Part shown: in pieces, positions 29,816-42,412 of the stretch
Layout of the letters: each line of letters begins with the position of its first letter
Numbering within the stretch: position 1 is the first letter of the stretch
Source of the DNA: the human T2T-CHM13v2.0 reference genome, Homo sapiens
NCBI RefSeq assembly: GCF_009914755.1
Contig: NC_060929.1
Reading direction: 5' to 3' (one strand)
Length of the DNA: 64,000 nucleotides
The notes under the pieces: generated by a model
The model's database searches: none
What the model was told of the DNA's origin: nothing
Seen by the model: the letters and a program-made list of their open reading frames with translations, nothing else
Program-made: the position numbers and the translations under genes

Positions 29816-31005
29816 AAGAAATCAAGAGAACAACCATATTTTACAATAAAATAAAATGAAATACTTAGGGATACATTTATCTAAGGTAGTAAAAGACCTG
29901 CACACTGAAAACTACAAAATATTGATAAAATAAACTGTAGAAGACATAAATAAATGAAAATATTTTCCATATTCATGGATTGGAAATATTAATATTATTA
30001 AAATATTTATTCTTGCCAAAGCAATCTACAGAGTCCATGGAATCCATATCAAAATTCCAATGTTAAAATTTTTCATAGAAATAGAAGAAACAATTCTAAA
30101 ATTTATATGGAACTACAAAAAATCCCAAATAGCCAAGACAATCATGAGCAAAAAGAACAAAGAGTTATTAAACCACCTGATTTCAAACTATTACTTAAAG
30201 TTATAGTAATCAAAACAGCATGGTACTGGCATAAAACACACATACAGACAAACAGAATAGATAGCCCAGAAATGAACATATTCATGTATAGTCAATTGAT
30301 TTTTCACAAAGGTGCCAAGAATACCCAATGGGAAAAGGATAGTCTCTTAAACAAATGGTGTTGGGAAAACTAGACAGCTACTTTATTTCTAAAAGATATT
30401 TTCACTGGATATCAGATTGTAGTTCTCTTTCAGCACTTGAAAAAATGTAGAGCCACTTCCTTCTGGCTTCTGTAATACCTGATGCAAAATCCATTGTCAT
30501 TCATACCTCTTTGTATGGAAGGAGTATGGGTTCCTTGTTACTGCTTCCCACATGGCCTTCAGTGACTCTATGTTGCGGGGAGGGCTTGTTTCTGTTGGGT
30601 GGTAGCGACAGTTCTGACTCTCCATTAGGCCTCTTATACCCCTAATAGGGAGGACAAGGGGCACCTTATCACCGCCAGGGTGTTGGGGGAGTGGAAACCC
30701 AGCATCATCCTCACGTGGTTTACACAGACACTTCAGGGCAGGGGGCTCTCATTACAACATAGTTGGGATAAAGTCCTGGCTTCCTACATGGAATTCTCTG
30801 ATCTCACCCCAGTGGGATGTTGAGATATTTCATTACAGACTTATAATTTCATTACAGACTCTTATAGGTGAAAGCATAGGCTCTCCACTCAGCCTTGGCT
30901 GGCATGGGGGCTATGGTAGATAATATTATATGTAGGATCAAGAAAAGCTGTGGCAGCTCTGTATTCAGTGAACACCTGAATTCTTTATTCTGGTGATGAA
31001 AAATC

Positions 31006-31312
31006 TTTTTTATTTTTATGTTTATTTTTTTGAATGGAGTCTTGCTCTGTCACCCAGGCTAGAGTGCAATGACATGATCTCGGCTCACTGCAGCCTCCGC
31101 CTCCCAGGTTCAAGTGATTCTTGTGCCTCAGTCTCCTGAGTAGCTGGGACCACATGTGTGCACCACCATGCCCAGCTAATTTTTGCATTTTTAGTAGAGA
31201 CAGGGTTTCACCATGTTGGCCAGGCTGGTCTCAAACTCGTAATCTCAGGTGATCCACCTGCCTCAGCCTCCCAAAGTGCTGGGGTTACAGGTGTGAGTCA
31301 ATGGTCCTAGCC
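31006..31312 (-). mobile_element. AluSx, inserted at the tail of the adjacent AluJ
   Basis: Full dimer. Confidence 0.95.
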
Positions 31313-31316
31313 TTAG

Positions 31317-31645
<329 letters not shown>

Positions 31646-32424
31646 TAAGCTTCAGGATACCAGTTTGACTCTATACATTGCTACTGTGTGATACACAGAA
31701 GCAGAAATTTACTCTTTCCAAGCCTCAGCTTTCTTATTTGTAAAAATGATGGCTATAGTAACTACCTTAAAGGACTGCCTCCTAGCTCACAACAGGGGCT
31801 CAATAAATGACACTTGCTATCATCATCATAACTGTCATCATTGTCATTGTAACATTAACTAGAAATATCCAGCACAGTTTTTTTTTTTAAATAAATGTAA
31901 GTCACATATAAACTAGATTCTGGCTCCCTACGTTAGGATACTATAATAGTTAGTAGCTGTTCTCTAAGGATCCAGAATTGCTATTTAAGCCAGGAGTCAT
32001 AAACAGGCCCCAGAGCTGTGTGTGACCTGCAGAAAACTTCTTCTCATTAAAACCACTGTATTTTCCCTTGGGGTTTGGACTCACTTCAGGAATAGCTAAG
32101 CAGGTTGTGGCTTCTTAAGGTCAAGGCAGACAGTCAAAAAACCTCTTCTAGCCATTTGGCTCTTACTCGGCTGTGTCCCAGCTGGGCCAGTTGGGCATGT
32201 GACAGGGCAATGGTCCATTTCAACAACTCAGTGCAGCTCCAGCAGGCTTTTCCTACACCATATGTTGCTAGAGCCAAGCAACAACCTGGTGAGATAGTGA
32301 GGATATTTTGCAGGGAACTGGGGACAAGGGTGAAGGCTCAGAGAGGTAATAACTTGCGTAACCCAGCAAATAAGTGGCTGAGTCAGGAGGGGACTCAGTC
32401 ATTCAACCTATATTTCGTGAGTAA

Positions 32425-32830
32425 CAGTTCAGTTTGGCTTCCTCCAGAAGCCAACTCTGAGTCAAGGATCTGGTTGAGAGTGTTTTTTCATGAGAGACGA
32501 TCCCAGGAAATATTGGTAGGGGAGTAGGGAAGTCAGAAAGGAACAGAAGGCCCCCAGTGAATAATGAATTCTTAAGCAGTTTAGTACAGGGGGCCACTGG
32601 AGCTTAAGCCTCCTGTAGACCATATAACTCAGCCTTATCCCACTTTAGGGTGAAGAAAGCCACTATAGTATTTATCCACCAACCCTGACAGTCCTTGGTT
32701 GAGGCTGCTCCCAGGAGTGTTAATTCCCTGGGGCCTATGACTCTCTGCCTCCAAGACCCGCTCTGCCCAACACTTCAGATGCTGATGTTTGGCAGCCAGT
32801 CAGGCATGCATGTGAATGGTGAGGAGTGAG
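32425..32830 (-). mobile_element. LTR16A-like ERVL solo LTR
   Basis: CCTCCAGAAGCCAACTCTGAGTCAAGGATC..GATCCCAGGAAA..TATTTATCCACCAAC..TTGGTTGAGGCTGCTCCC. Confidence 0.7.
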
Positions 32831-35800
32831 GCTCTGCACAGGGCATTTACTTTAATGTATCATATACTCAGCACTGTGCCAACTGCAAGAGATGCAGTGG
32901 TAGTCAAGACAGACATAGTTCTTGCTCTTATGGATTTTATTATTTAATGGGAAAGACCAAAAAGTATATAGGCAATTACAATGCAGGGTGATAAGAGGTG
33001 CAATGATGGAAGTATAGAATTCTTGGGAACCTATATAGGAGGAGTCCTTGTCCCAAGACTGAGGTGGGTGCAGAAGAGACTCCCTAGAGGCAGTGGTATG
33101 TTAGTGATTTAAGTCACCACTGTCTCACCTGTCTTACCTTTGAGTTTCCACAATTCTGTTCCCTTTGTACAAAATAATCTCCATCTTCATCTGGGCGTCT
33201 AATAACATTCTTCAAGACTTACATTATATGTCACTTCTTCAGAGAGATTTTTCTGAATCTTCCCAGTGGGTTTTACTTTCAAGCTATATGTTTCCATAGT
33301 AATCAGTATTCATATTAAGATTAAATAGGAGCAGTGCCTGCCTTTTTAAATGTTGTATCCCCAGTACTTGCCCAGTTTCTGACACACAGGCAGTCATTAT
33401 TTGTGGAAAGAAGGAATAAATGACCTGTCTATAGAAAAAGCTACACTCTGTGTTGAGGCTGGGGCCACAAGGAAGTGTGTATTGTAATTGGGGGTGTAAC
33501 CACTGACAGGCTCTGCCTTATAAGAACTGATTCTCTATGGCTGAACGTGCAGGTTTGAATTCAGGAATGATATGGGAATTTCTAAGTTCTCTGAAGCAAA
33601 TAGTAATACTCTGCCAAAAAATGGAAAAGAAATAAAGGTTACTTTTAGTATCCATCTCCCACCTTCCCACAAGTTCAACTCCATATTTCCTGCATTGCTA
33701 CTACATGCCAGGATTGTCTTTTGATGACTTAGAAGAAAATTCTATGCAGCTTCCATTCTAGTGAGCAAGATAGTGAGCTTAAGAATACATAAGAGATAAA
33801 ACATTCCCAAGAAGATATGAGTAAGACCAGAACAGGGGAAATGTCAGGAATCATGAGCAAAACACAAGGTGGGCAGGCACACAGGAGAGCAAGATTTCCC
33901 CTCCCTGACTTCTTAGAGGTAGCAGGAATAATTTATTACTGTTGGGTGTGCCAGAACTTCATAAGGTTTTCAAACCAGCAATATAAAACCAGCAATATAG
34001 ATATGCCATGCTTCAATTTGTTCTGAGGCAGAGTTCAAATTTCAACACTCTAGTCATGATAAAAAATGAAAACACTCAATGACAATTTTTGTGAGTGGTT
34101 GGGCAGGAATAACTGGAATCCTGGAATAAGGATAAACAGTCACTCAGTTATTTTTCAGGACCAAGGACAGTAGGATGTGTGTACAGGTGTGCTCAGAAGC
34201 ATATTCTCATGCAGTTATTAATTAAGCTAGGCCTATGACAGATTCACAGATAAAATGCTCTCAGGTCATCAGAGAGGAAAAAAGTATTTCTAGTTGGCAG
34301 ACGGGGAAGCCTTCACAGAAGACAATTTGGGCTTTGCTTTAAATAACTGGGAAAAAATTGAGTTTAAGAGGAAGTCATTATGGGGCATAGCTTAGGCAAA
34401 ATCAGAGTTTGAAAGTGTAGGGTATAATTAGATAATTAGGTTCTTCTAAGTCGTGTGATGTGGGTGGGCTATAGTTTGCATGGAAGAAAGTGTAAGGAAA
34501 TAGAAGTGGAAGAGCAAGGTGGATTTAGGGAAATGGAACAACTTCAGCACCACACTGAGAAGACGGGATTGTTACCCTGTTGGCACTAGGCAGCTCCTGA
34601 AGATCCCTAAATAGGAGTATGGTTTGCCCATAGAGAATTCTCATGGCTGTATGGAAGACTGATTTCAGTAGGGCCAGAAAAATGAGTTAGGAGGCTAGAA
34701 GAACAGTGACAAAGAGGGCCTGGACTTCAGCAGTGGCAGGAGTAATGGAAAGGAAGAAACTACTGATAAGTCACTATGGTACCTGGGTGAGGACAGAGAG
34801 AAACAAGTGAAAGGCAATCCTGAGGTTTCCAATATGGGGCCCAGTGGATGGTGTCATTAACAGCAAGGAACTCAGGAGGGATCAATTCTCCCTCCCACTG
34901 TCTCCTCTCCTCACTCCATGTCCCACCAGGCCTCACACTCCTGGACCTTTCCAGATCCCCAGTTTCTCTCTCCCTCCAGGCCTGCCCTACTTGGTCAATG
35001 CCAACTCCTCTGCCCCACTGTCTTTAGGCAGACTGGCTTTATGACTTTGGGAAGAATCACTTAACCTCTTTGACCTTCCATTTCCACCTTTTAAAATTGG
35101 AAGACTCAAACACGGGATTGCACCCAACTCTAAAGTTCTAGATTTTTTCCAGTTTACTTCTACCAGTATGAAATGTACTCAGTTGTTAAACATTCAGAGT
35201 ATCCCCATCTTCTCACCAGGTACTGGCATTTAAAAAAGGCATAGTGCCTTACCAAGAAACCCAGCAACAATTGTGGGGTTTCATGGAGCAGCCATGGAGA
35301 TAGGTCTGAAAAAGAAGGGGATAACTTGGATTCAGAGGGGCCCTTCTGATTCTCAAATCCTTTTCCAGAGCCACTCTCTACTCTGACCCCTGGTAAAAAA
35401 CACTTGTGTCTATCAACAGCAGCCATGGTATGAATGAGGGAATCCAACTGGGCTGCCTGCACAAGGCAGTAAGCCTTCCAGGTAGACATTCTGTATAAGA
35501 CTGACTGAGCAAGCACAGCACCCATGGACATGGCCTTTCAGCTGTGCCTTACACATCCCTGACAATTTCAAGTACCCAACTTGAACCTACTGAATCAGAA
35601 ACTGGGGATGGGGCCCAGCACTTCCCTTTTTAACAAACCCTGCAGTTGATCTTGATGCATGCCAACATGTGAGACCAATACATTAAAACATGGAGTAATA
35701 AAAGGAAAAATACTACTGCTAAATAATGCATGAATATATTCATTATTTTAAGCTAACAGTAGACTCAGTAATATAATGTGGTAAAATTTTTAGAATGGAT

Positions 35801-35919
35801 AGAATTTAATTTTTGCGAATAAAGTAGATATTTCCACAAAACCTAGCAACATCTCTATAGACAAAGGAGGAAAGAAATTACCCAGAAGCCTTAGGTAAAA
35901 AAATTCAGGTAATTAAGGC

Positions 35920-36000
35920 AAATATAAGTGCTGGGTTTTGATTTACATCCTCTAAATGTGTAGGTTCCAAGACCTACTCTTTCTCTTTTTGAAAGCAATG
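35920..36000 (+). pseudogene. ECT2L-like fragment, N-terminal pre-F-box helix (weak)
   Basis: WVLIYIL*MCRFQDLLFL vs ECT2L EFLFAIFLRCTKSQLRFV; gapless but low identity. Confidence 0.35.
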
Positions 36001-36570
36001 CAAAGTTTGATTTAAATGAAATCTAAACTGAAACCCCAAAGGTAAAACAGATAATTGAGTTGTACTCTAGGGAAACAAAGAGGGGTCATATCTCTGCCTC
36101 CCACTCCTTCTCACAAGTGTGCAGAGGGCTCCAGGCAAGGCTCATTATAGCAGAAAATAACTTTAAGTCCCTCTTCACTTTACATACCCCATACAAAGGC
36201 CACAGGGAAAGTATCATATTCCTGGGACAGGCATTTTAATTAAGATGAAAAGAAAATGTGTTTTGTTGAGATTGTGTTTTTCTCTAAAAACTGAGAGTGA
36301 AGAGAAGTGAGGTAAACCTCATCTAAAAAAGTTCCTTTCAGGGAGCACAATTCAGGTGCACACAGTGAAAATGCAGGTGCTTCAATCGTCTTTGCAGCTG
36401 GGAGACTGAAGCACCTGCCCAGGAATGTGCTCTTAGTAAATATCCTTAATTGAGTCGGACAATCTGGGAAGCCTATGAAATTGCCAGCCCAGGAAGTGGG
36501 AGTGACTCAGTCTGTGTCTGTTCTGTTTGGGCAGATGCAACTAAATAAGGGGGCTTTATTGCTTCAGAGC

Positions 36571-36672
36571 TTTTCCTGAAAAGAGAAGCCCACCTGTATT
36601 TGCATGCACATTTGCAGCCTTCTAGAAAAACAGAAACCTGATTTGCCAGCTGTTCAGTCTTCTCAGAACTCT
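36571..36672 (+). pseudogene. ECT2L-like fragment, F-box motif exon remnant
   Basis: FS*KEKPTCICMHICSLLEKQKPDLPAVQSS vs [29 protein letters not shown] (P-x-x-I-x-h-Y/H-I-x-S-x-L); followed by donor-like GTGAGT at 36673. Confidence 0.65.
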
Positions 36673-36750
36673 GTGAGTCAAGTCTCCTTTGGAAAACATC
36701 CAGTTTTACAGAAGTGTTCAGCCAGAAGGGGATTTAGGTAACTTCTAGTC

Positions 36751-36923
36751 CAGTGGTTTTTGAACTATTTTTGTTTTAGAAACTAAACTCTTCTTTCAAA
36801 AGAAATTAACCAGAAATAGATTAAAATGACTTTATTCCACTTGCCCCTTCAGCCTTCTCTTTTTTCCCCCTTATCACTCACTGATCCTGAGGGATTCAGC
36901 AAAACCTAGTTTAAAAACCACTG
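36751..36923. mobile_element. hAT-Charlie-type MITE within a MIR-like remnant
   Basis: 15/16 TIRs CAGTGGTTTTTGAACT ... AGTTTAAAAACCACTG. Confidence 0.75.
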
Positions 36924-37002
36924 ATTCGGTGTTTAAAAAGACTGAAGCCCAAGAAGCAAAAGGCCTTTTCAAAGGTAACAGGAGTAGAAAGTGTCAGAGC
37001 GG

Positions 37003-37109
37003 GAACCCGGGAGGCGGAGCTTGCAGTGAGCAGAGATCAAGCCACTGCACTCCAGCCTGGGAGACAGAGCGAGACTCCATATCAAAAAAAAAAAAAAAAA
37101 AAAAAAAAA
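37003..37109 (+). mobile_element. Severely 5'-truncated AluY
   Basis: GAACCCGGGAGGCGGAGCTTGCAGTGAGC followed by a pure A tail of about 26 nt. Confidence 0.95.
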
Positions 37110-37454
37110 GAGTCAATCTCTGGTTTTGAGATCTTTCCTGTGCAATTCTTCAGGCCTATATAATTGTTTATTTGGCTGTGCATTCATTGTTTGAGCAAAT
37201 GTTTATGAAACACCTTTTATGTCCAAGCACTAGCTAGCTGCTATGGACTCAGTGATAAGCAAAAGAAGATGAGGCTCCTGCCATCACAAATTCTACAGTA
37301 GAATAAAGATATTGATTAAATGGTCACACAAATAAATGTAAAATAAAGAGGATGATACTAAGGAAGGTGGTAAAAATGATGTCTAGCTTATGATTTGTGG
37401 ACAGTGACAGTGAATATTGCATTAGACCAGATCTGAATCCTCCCACATTTGCCA

Positions 37455-37637
37455 GCCCCATCATTCTCAGCCCTGGATGCATATTACAATCCACTTTGGA
37501 GTTAAAAAACAAAATATCAATACTCAAGGCCTATCCCCAGAGATTCTGATTTACTTAGTTGGGATGAGATCTGGGTATTGGTCTTTTCCCAGGCTCCTCA
37601 GGTGATTCTCACATGCCACTAAGGTTGGAAATCACTG
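37455..37637. mobile_element. MER5-type hAT fossil (others at about 35540-35680 and 37980-38130)
   Basis: CCCCAGAGATTCTGATTTACTTAGTTGGG..CAGGTGATTCT..GGTTGGAAATCACTG. Confidence 0.8.
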
Positions 37638-37657
37638 CTGTTAGCAATCCCTCTCAG

Positions 37658-37815
37658 GGGACCTTATGTGGCTTCTTCTCTATTTGATTGTATGACACCA
37701 GGAATAAACAGAAGCAAAATGATTCATCTCCCAGAAGGGAACAGATTCCCAGGAAATCCTGGTAAATATGGCATAGAACATGTTACTGACCACACTTGGT
37801 CAGTTGAATGGGTGG
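37658..37815 (+). pseudogene. ECT2L-like fragment, post-F-box exon remnant
   Basis: After ctctcag: DLMWL (DCLWM); *FISQKGTDSQ at 37720 (WFLPYTPTDNE); frameshift; SW*IWHRTC at 37757 (AWKRHYIAC); VEWV (LDWL). Confidence 0.7.
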
Positions 37816-38596
37816 GAAGCAGTGCAATAGAATAGAAAGGGCCCCAAACTCACAGATAAATCCTCAGATGTGCTGCTAACATGTCCCCTTCCCATGTGTC
37901 ATATGAAGGCATTGGGCCAGACCAATGGTTTACATACTGCATGTAAAGGCCACAGGGAAAGTCTTGAAACTTGAACTTCCATCAGCTTCACCTAGAAGCT
38001 TTGTTCAAATACAGATTGCTGGGCTCCACCCTCAGCCTCTGATGGATGAGGACTGAGATGGGACCTGAATACCTGCATTCCAAAAAAAAATTCTCAGGTG
38101 CTACTAGTGCTGCTGATTTAGACACCAAGGCTGTGATGATGGTGACTTTAACAGACAGAGGGATTCCAAGAGGAATCTATTCTTTAAGATAACAATCCTG
38201 TTTCTATTTACATTTTGACATTCTATTTATCACAAACTTTTGCATTACTTTTGATTCTTCTAAATATGGCATTAAGATATTGTTTATCATAACTGCTGAG
38301 CTTTTTGGCATCCCTTTACATTTTGCACCTAGGATGAGTGCCTCATTCACTTGATTCTAATCCCTGCTGTTAGTTCAATCACTGAACTAAATGACCCTCT
38401 AAGGGCTCTTCAAGTTTGAACTTCTTTAAACAGAGAGGCAGTAGGGATGGTGACAAAGAGAAAAAGCTCCGGAGCCAAGCTCCCTTGTTCCTGCTCCTGT
38501 AAATGTGTTCTGCCATTTACAAGCTATGTAGCCTTGTGGAAGTTGCTAAGCCTCTCTGGGCCTTTGTTTTTCCTTATCCATGAAGTCAAGATAATA

Positions 38597-38630
38597 TTAG
38601 GTTGGTGCAAAAGTAATTGCAGTTTTTGCC
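38597..38630. mobile_element. Half MADE1 (single Hsmar1 TIR) fused to a MER1 fragment (38629-38671)
   Basis: TA + TTAGGTTGGTGCAAAAGTAATTGCAGTTTTTGCC then CCTAGATCCCTTGCATGCACAGTTCACAATAGAGTTC. Confidence 0.85.
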
Positions 38631-38702
38631 TAGATCCCTTGCATGCACAGTTCACAATAGAGTTCATGCTCATATTGTGAACTCTATTATGATCAGTAAC
38701 TA

Positions 38703-38778
38703 TTAGGTTGGTGCAAAAGTAATTGTGGATTTGCCATTTTTAATGGCAAAAACCACAATTACTTTTGCACCAACCTAA
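38703..38778. mobile_element. MADE1 (Hsmar1 mariner MITE), palindromic
   Basis: TTAGGTTGGTGCAAAAGTAATTG...CAATTACTTTTGCACCAACCTAA with TA TSDs. Confidence 0.97.
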
Positions 38779-39065
38779 TACTTACTGATCACATAGGTTT
38801 ATAGTAATTGATTGAGATAACACCCATAGAGTACATAGTGTGTGGTTTTAGCAGTGAGCACCATCAGCAAATGTCCCTTGGTTTAATCATCTCCTGAGGG
38901 ATTTCCCTCCTGACTAGGTTCACACTGATTTCTTCAACGCCTAAGGGGAATCTTTATGTTTCTTCAAGGCAGCATATTATAAATCAAGTTACACAGCCTC
39001 TTGGTTTTCCTGATTTTCCAATTTGTCCCTGGTGGGTTTGCATTTTCTTTATTCCAAAGAGTTAG

Positions 39066-39698
39066 TGAGAGATGAAGCTGGCTGGGCTTCTGGGTCAGGT
39101 GGGGACTTGGAGAACTTTTCTGTCTGGCTAAAGGTTTGTAAATTCTCCAATCAGCACTCTGTAAAAACAGACCAATCAGCACTCTGTAAATAGACCAATA
39201 AGCTCTCTGTAAAATGGACCAATCACCAGGGTGGGTGGGGCCAAATAAGGGAATAAAAGCTGGCCACCCAAGCCAGCAGTGGCAACCTGCTCAGGTCCCC
39301 TTCCACGCTGTGGAAGTTTTGTTCTTTCGCTCTTCACAATAAATCTTGCTGCTGCTCACTCTTTGGGTCCGCACTACCTTTATGAGCTGTAACACTCACT
39401 GTGAAGGTCTGTGGCTTCACTCCTGAAGTCAGCGAGATGATGAACCCACCAGGAGGAAGAAACAACTCCAGACACGCCATCTTTAAGAGCTGTAACACTC
39501 ACTGCAAAGGTCTGTGGCTTCACTCCTGAAGTCAGCAAGACCACAAACCCACCAGAAGGAAGAAACTCTGGACACATCTGAACGTCAGAGGAACAAACTC
39601 TGGACACACCATCTTTAAGAACTGTAACACTCACTGTGAGGCTCTGAGGCTTCATTCTTGAAGTCAGCGAGACCAAGAACCCACCAATTCCAGACATA
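39066..39698 (+). promoter_or_regulatory. 5' LTR12 (4 CCAAT boxes, AATAAA-type TATA and polyA signals, U5 tandem repeats)
   Basis: TGAGAGATGAAGCTGGCTGGGCTTCTGGG start; repeated CCAATCAGCACTCTGTAAA. Confidence 0.95.
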
Positions 39699-39701
39699 TT
39701 T

Positions 39702-39719
39702 TGGTGACCATGAAGGGAC
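39702..39719 (+). other. Primer-binding site, tRNA-Arg type
   Basis: TGGTGACCATGAAGGGAC just after the LTR, a CpG-decayed form of TGGCGACCACGAAGGGAC. Confidence 0.85.
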
Positions 39720-40948
39720 CATCGCCTATCGCCAAGTGGTGAGTACCATCGGACCCCTTTCGTTTGCTATTCTGTCCTATTTTTCCTTAGAATCTGGGGG
39801 CTAAATAACAGGCACTTGTTGGCCAGTTAAAAGCAACTAGTGTGGCTACCAGACTAAAGACGCGGGTGCCAGGCTTTCTGAGAAAGGGCTTTCTAACAAC
39901 CCCCAACTCTTCGGAGTTGGGAGCATTGGTTTGCCTGGAACCAGCTGCTGCTTTTCCTGTACTTCTGGGCTGAGCCAAGGGTCAACAGAGAGGAAAGCCA
40001 TTCAGCTTCAGGGTCCTGACAACAAGTTGGTTGACCCTGCGGCCATGAGCGGAACTCTCAAAGTCATGTCGCCCAAGTGAGACTCATCCATCTATCTTAT
40101 CTATCCTGACCCTTGCCTCCTGGGTCCTAATGCCTGTCAAACTTCCTCTTGCCTCTCTTCTCCGAGGCTAGTCCCGCTTCTAAAAACCACTCCCTGTCTC
40201 TGGTGCTTTTCTATTTTCTCCTGTAAGAATGATTTCTAGTATAAACTCCAGGACTCTGTTACCTTCTTTAGGCACCTGGGCTCACCGATCAGAAAGACAT
40301 AATTTTTGCCCAAAGCCCTGTTGTAGAGGGGATTATCTGGAATTTTAGGATCCCTCTTCAGACAAGCAGGCCTAACAAAAGCTACTCCTGAAGCTAGGAT
40401 ATGGGGAGCCTCAGAAATTGTATCCTTCTGTTCATATAAGTGAGGACAAAAGGCATCACTCTTCCAACTCTGGAGATCCCTTCCATCCCACAGGGTATGG
40501 CCCTCCACTTCATTTTTGGGGCATAACATCTTTATAGGAAATGGATAAAGTCCCAATACTAACAGGAGAATGCTTAGGACTCTAACAGGTTTTTGAGAAT
40601 GTGTCAGTAAGGGCCACTAAATCCGATTTTTCTCGGTCCTCTTTGTGGTCTAGGAGGACAGGCAAGGGTGCAGGTTTTCGAGAATGCATCAGTAAGGGCC
40701 ACTAAATCCAACCTTCCTTGGTCCTCCTTGTGGTCTAGGAGGAAAACTAGTGTTTCTGCTGCTGCGTCGGTGGGCGCAACTCTTCTGATCACCAGGGTCC
40801 AGGGACCATTGCGGGTTCTCGGGCAAGAGATGTTTCTGCTGCTGCATTGGTAAGCACAACTCTTCTGATCAGCAGGGTCCAGGGATCATTGCAGGTTTTT
40901 GCGCAGGGGGAGAAACAAACCAAAACTGCAGGTGGTTTTGTCTTTCAG

Positions 40949-42412
40949 ATGGGAAACACTCAGGTATCAACAGGCTCACCCTTGAAATGCATCCTAAGCC
41001 ATTGGGACCAATTTGACCCATAAACCCTGAAAAAGAGGCAGCTCATTTTTTTCTGCACTATGGCCTGGCCCCAATATTCTCTCTCTGATGGGGAAAAATG
41101 GCCACCTGAGGGAAGTATAAATTACTATACGATCCTGCAGGTTGACCTTTTCTGTACGAGGGAAGGCAAATGGAGTGAAATACCTTATGTCCAAGCTTTC
41201 TTTTCATTGAAGGAGAATACACAACTATGCAAAGCTTGCAATTTACATCCCACAGGAGGACCTCTCAGCTTACCTCCATATCCTAGCCTCCCTATAACTC
41301 CCCTTCCTATTAATGATAAGCCTCCTCTAATCTCCCCCACCCAGAAGGAAATAAGCAAAGAAATTTCCAAAGGACCAAAAAAACCCCCGGGCTATAGGTT
41401 ATGTCCCCTTCAAGCTGTAGGGAGAGGGGAATTTGGCCCAACCCAGGTACGTGTCCCTTCTCTCTCTTTAATTTAAAGCAGATCAAGGCAGACTTGGGGA
41501 AGTTTTCAGATGATCCTGATAGGTATATAGATATCCTACAGGGTCTAGGGCAAACCTTTGATCTCACTTGGAGAGATGTCATGCTATTGTTAGATCAAAC
41601 CCTGGCCTTTAATGAAAAGAATGCGGCTTTAGCTGCAGCCCAAGAGTTTGGAGATACCTGGTATCTTAGTCAAGTAAACAATAGAATGACAGCTGAAGAA
41701 AGGGACAAATTCTCTACCAGTCAGCAAGCCATCCCCAGTATGGATCCCCACTGGGACCTCGACTCAGATCATGGGGACTGGAGTTGCAAACATTTGTTGA
41801 CCTGTGTTCTAGAAGGACTAAGGAGAATTAGGAAAAAGCCCATGAATTATTCAATGATGTCCACCATAGCTCAGGGAAAGGAAGAAAATCCTTCTGCCTT
41901 CTACCTTCCTCGAGTGGCTATGGGAGGCCTTAAGAAAATATACTCCCCTGTCCCCCAACTCACTCGAGGGTCAATTGATTCTAAAAGATAAATTTATTAC
42001 CCAATCAACAGATATCAGGAGAAAGCTCCAAAAGTGAGCCCTGGGCCCTGAACAAAATCTGGAGGCATTCTTAAACCTGGCAACCTTGGTGTTTTATAAT
42101 AGGGACCAAGAGGAATAGGCCCAAAAGGAAAAGCGAGATCGGAGAAAGGCCACAGCCTTAGTCATGGCCCTCAGACAAACAGACCTTGGTGGTTCAGAGA
42201 GGACAGAAAACAGAGCAGGCCAATCACCCAGTGGGGCTTGTTACCAGTGTGGTTTGCAAGGACACCTTAGAAAAGACTGTCCAATGAGAAACAAGCCACC
42301 CCCTCATCCATGTCTGCTATGCCGAGGCAATCACTAGAAGACACACTGCCCCAGAGGGCAAAGCTTCTCTGGGCCAGAAGCCCCCAACCAGATGATGCAA
42401 CAATAGGACTGA
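40949..42412 (+). pseudogene. gag: HERV9 gag remnant
   Basis: MGNTQ start after acceptor ttttgtctttcag; matrix (ORF 41060), capsid with MHR QGKEENPSAF (ORF 41401), zinc knuckle CYQCGLQGHLRKDC; stops and frameshifts. Confidence 0.92.

Noticed and set aside
32105-32527. 140-aa ORF
   Set aside because: Runs through MIR and LTR16 fragments; no homology recognised
37115-37165. DLSCAILQA as the F-box
   Set aside because: Weaker than the 36589 candidate; too short
39385-39690. Spaced repeats (CTGTAACACTCACTG) resembling an array
   Set aside because: Normal LTR12 U5 repeats, not CRISPR; the sequence is eukaryotic
40588-40900. Two tandem duplications (about 84 and 79 bp) in the proviral leader
   Set aside because: Recalled as a standard feature of HERV9 leaders
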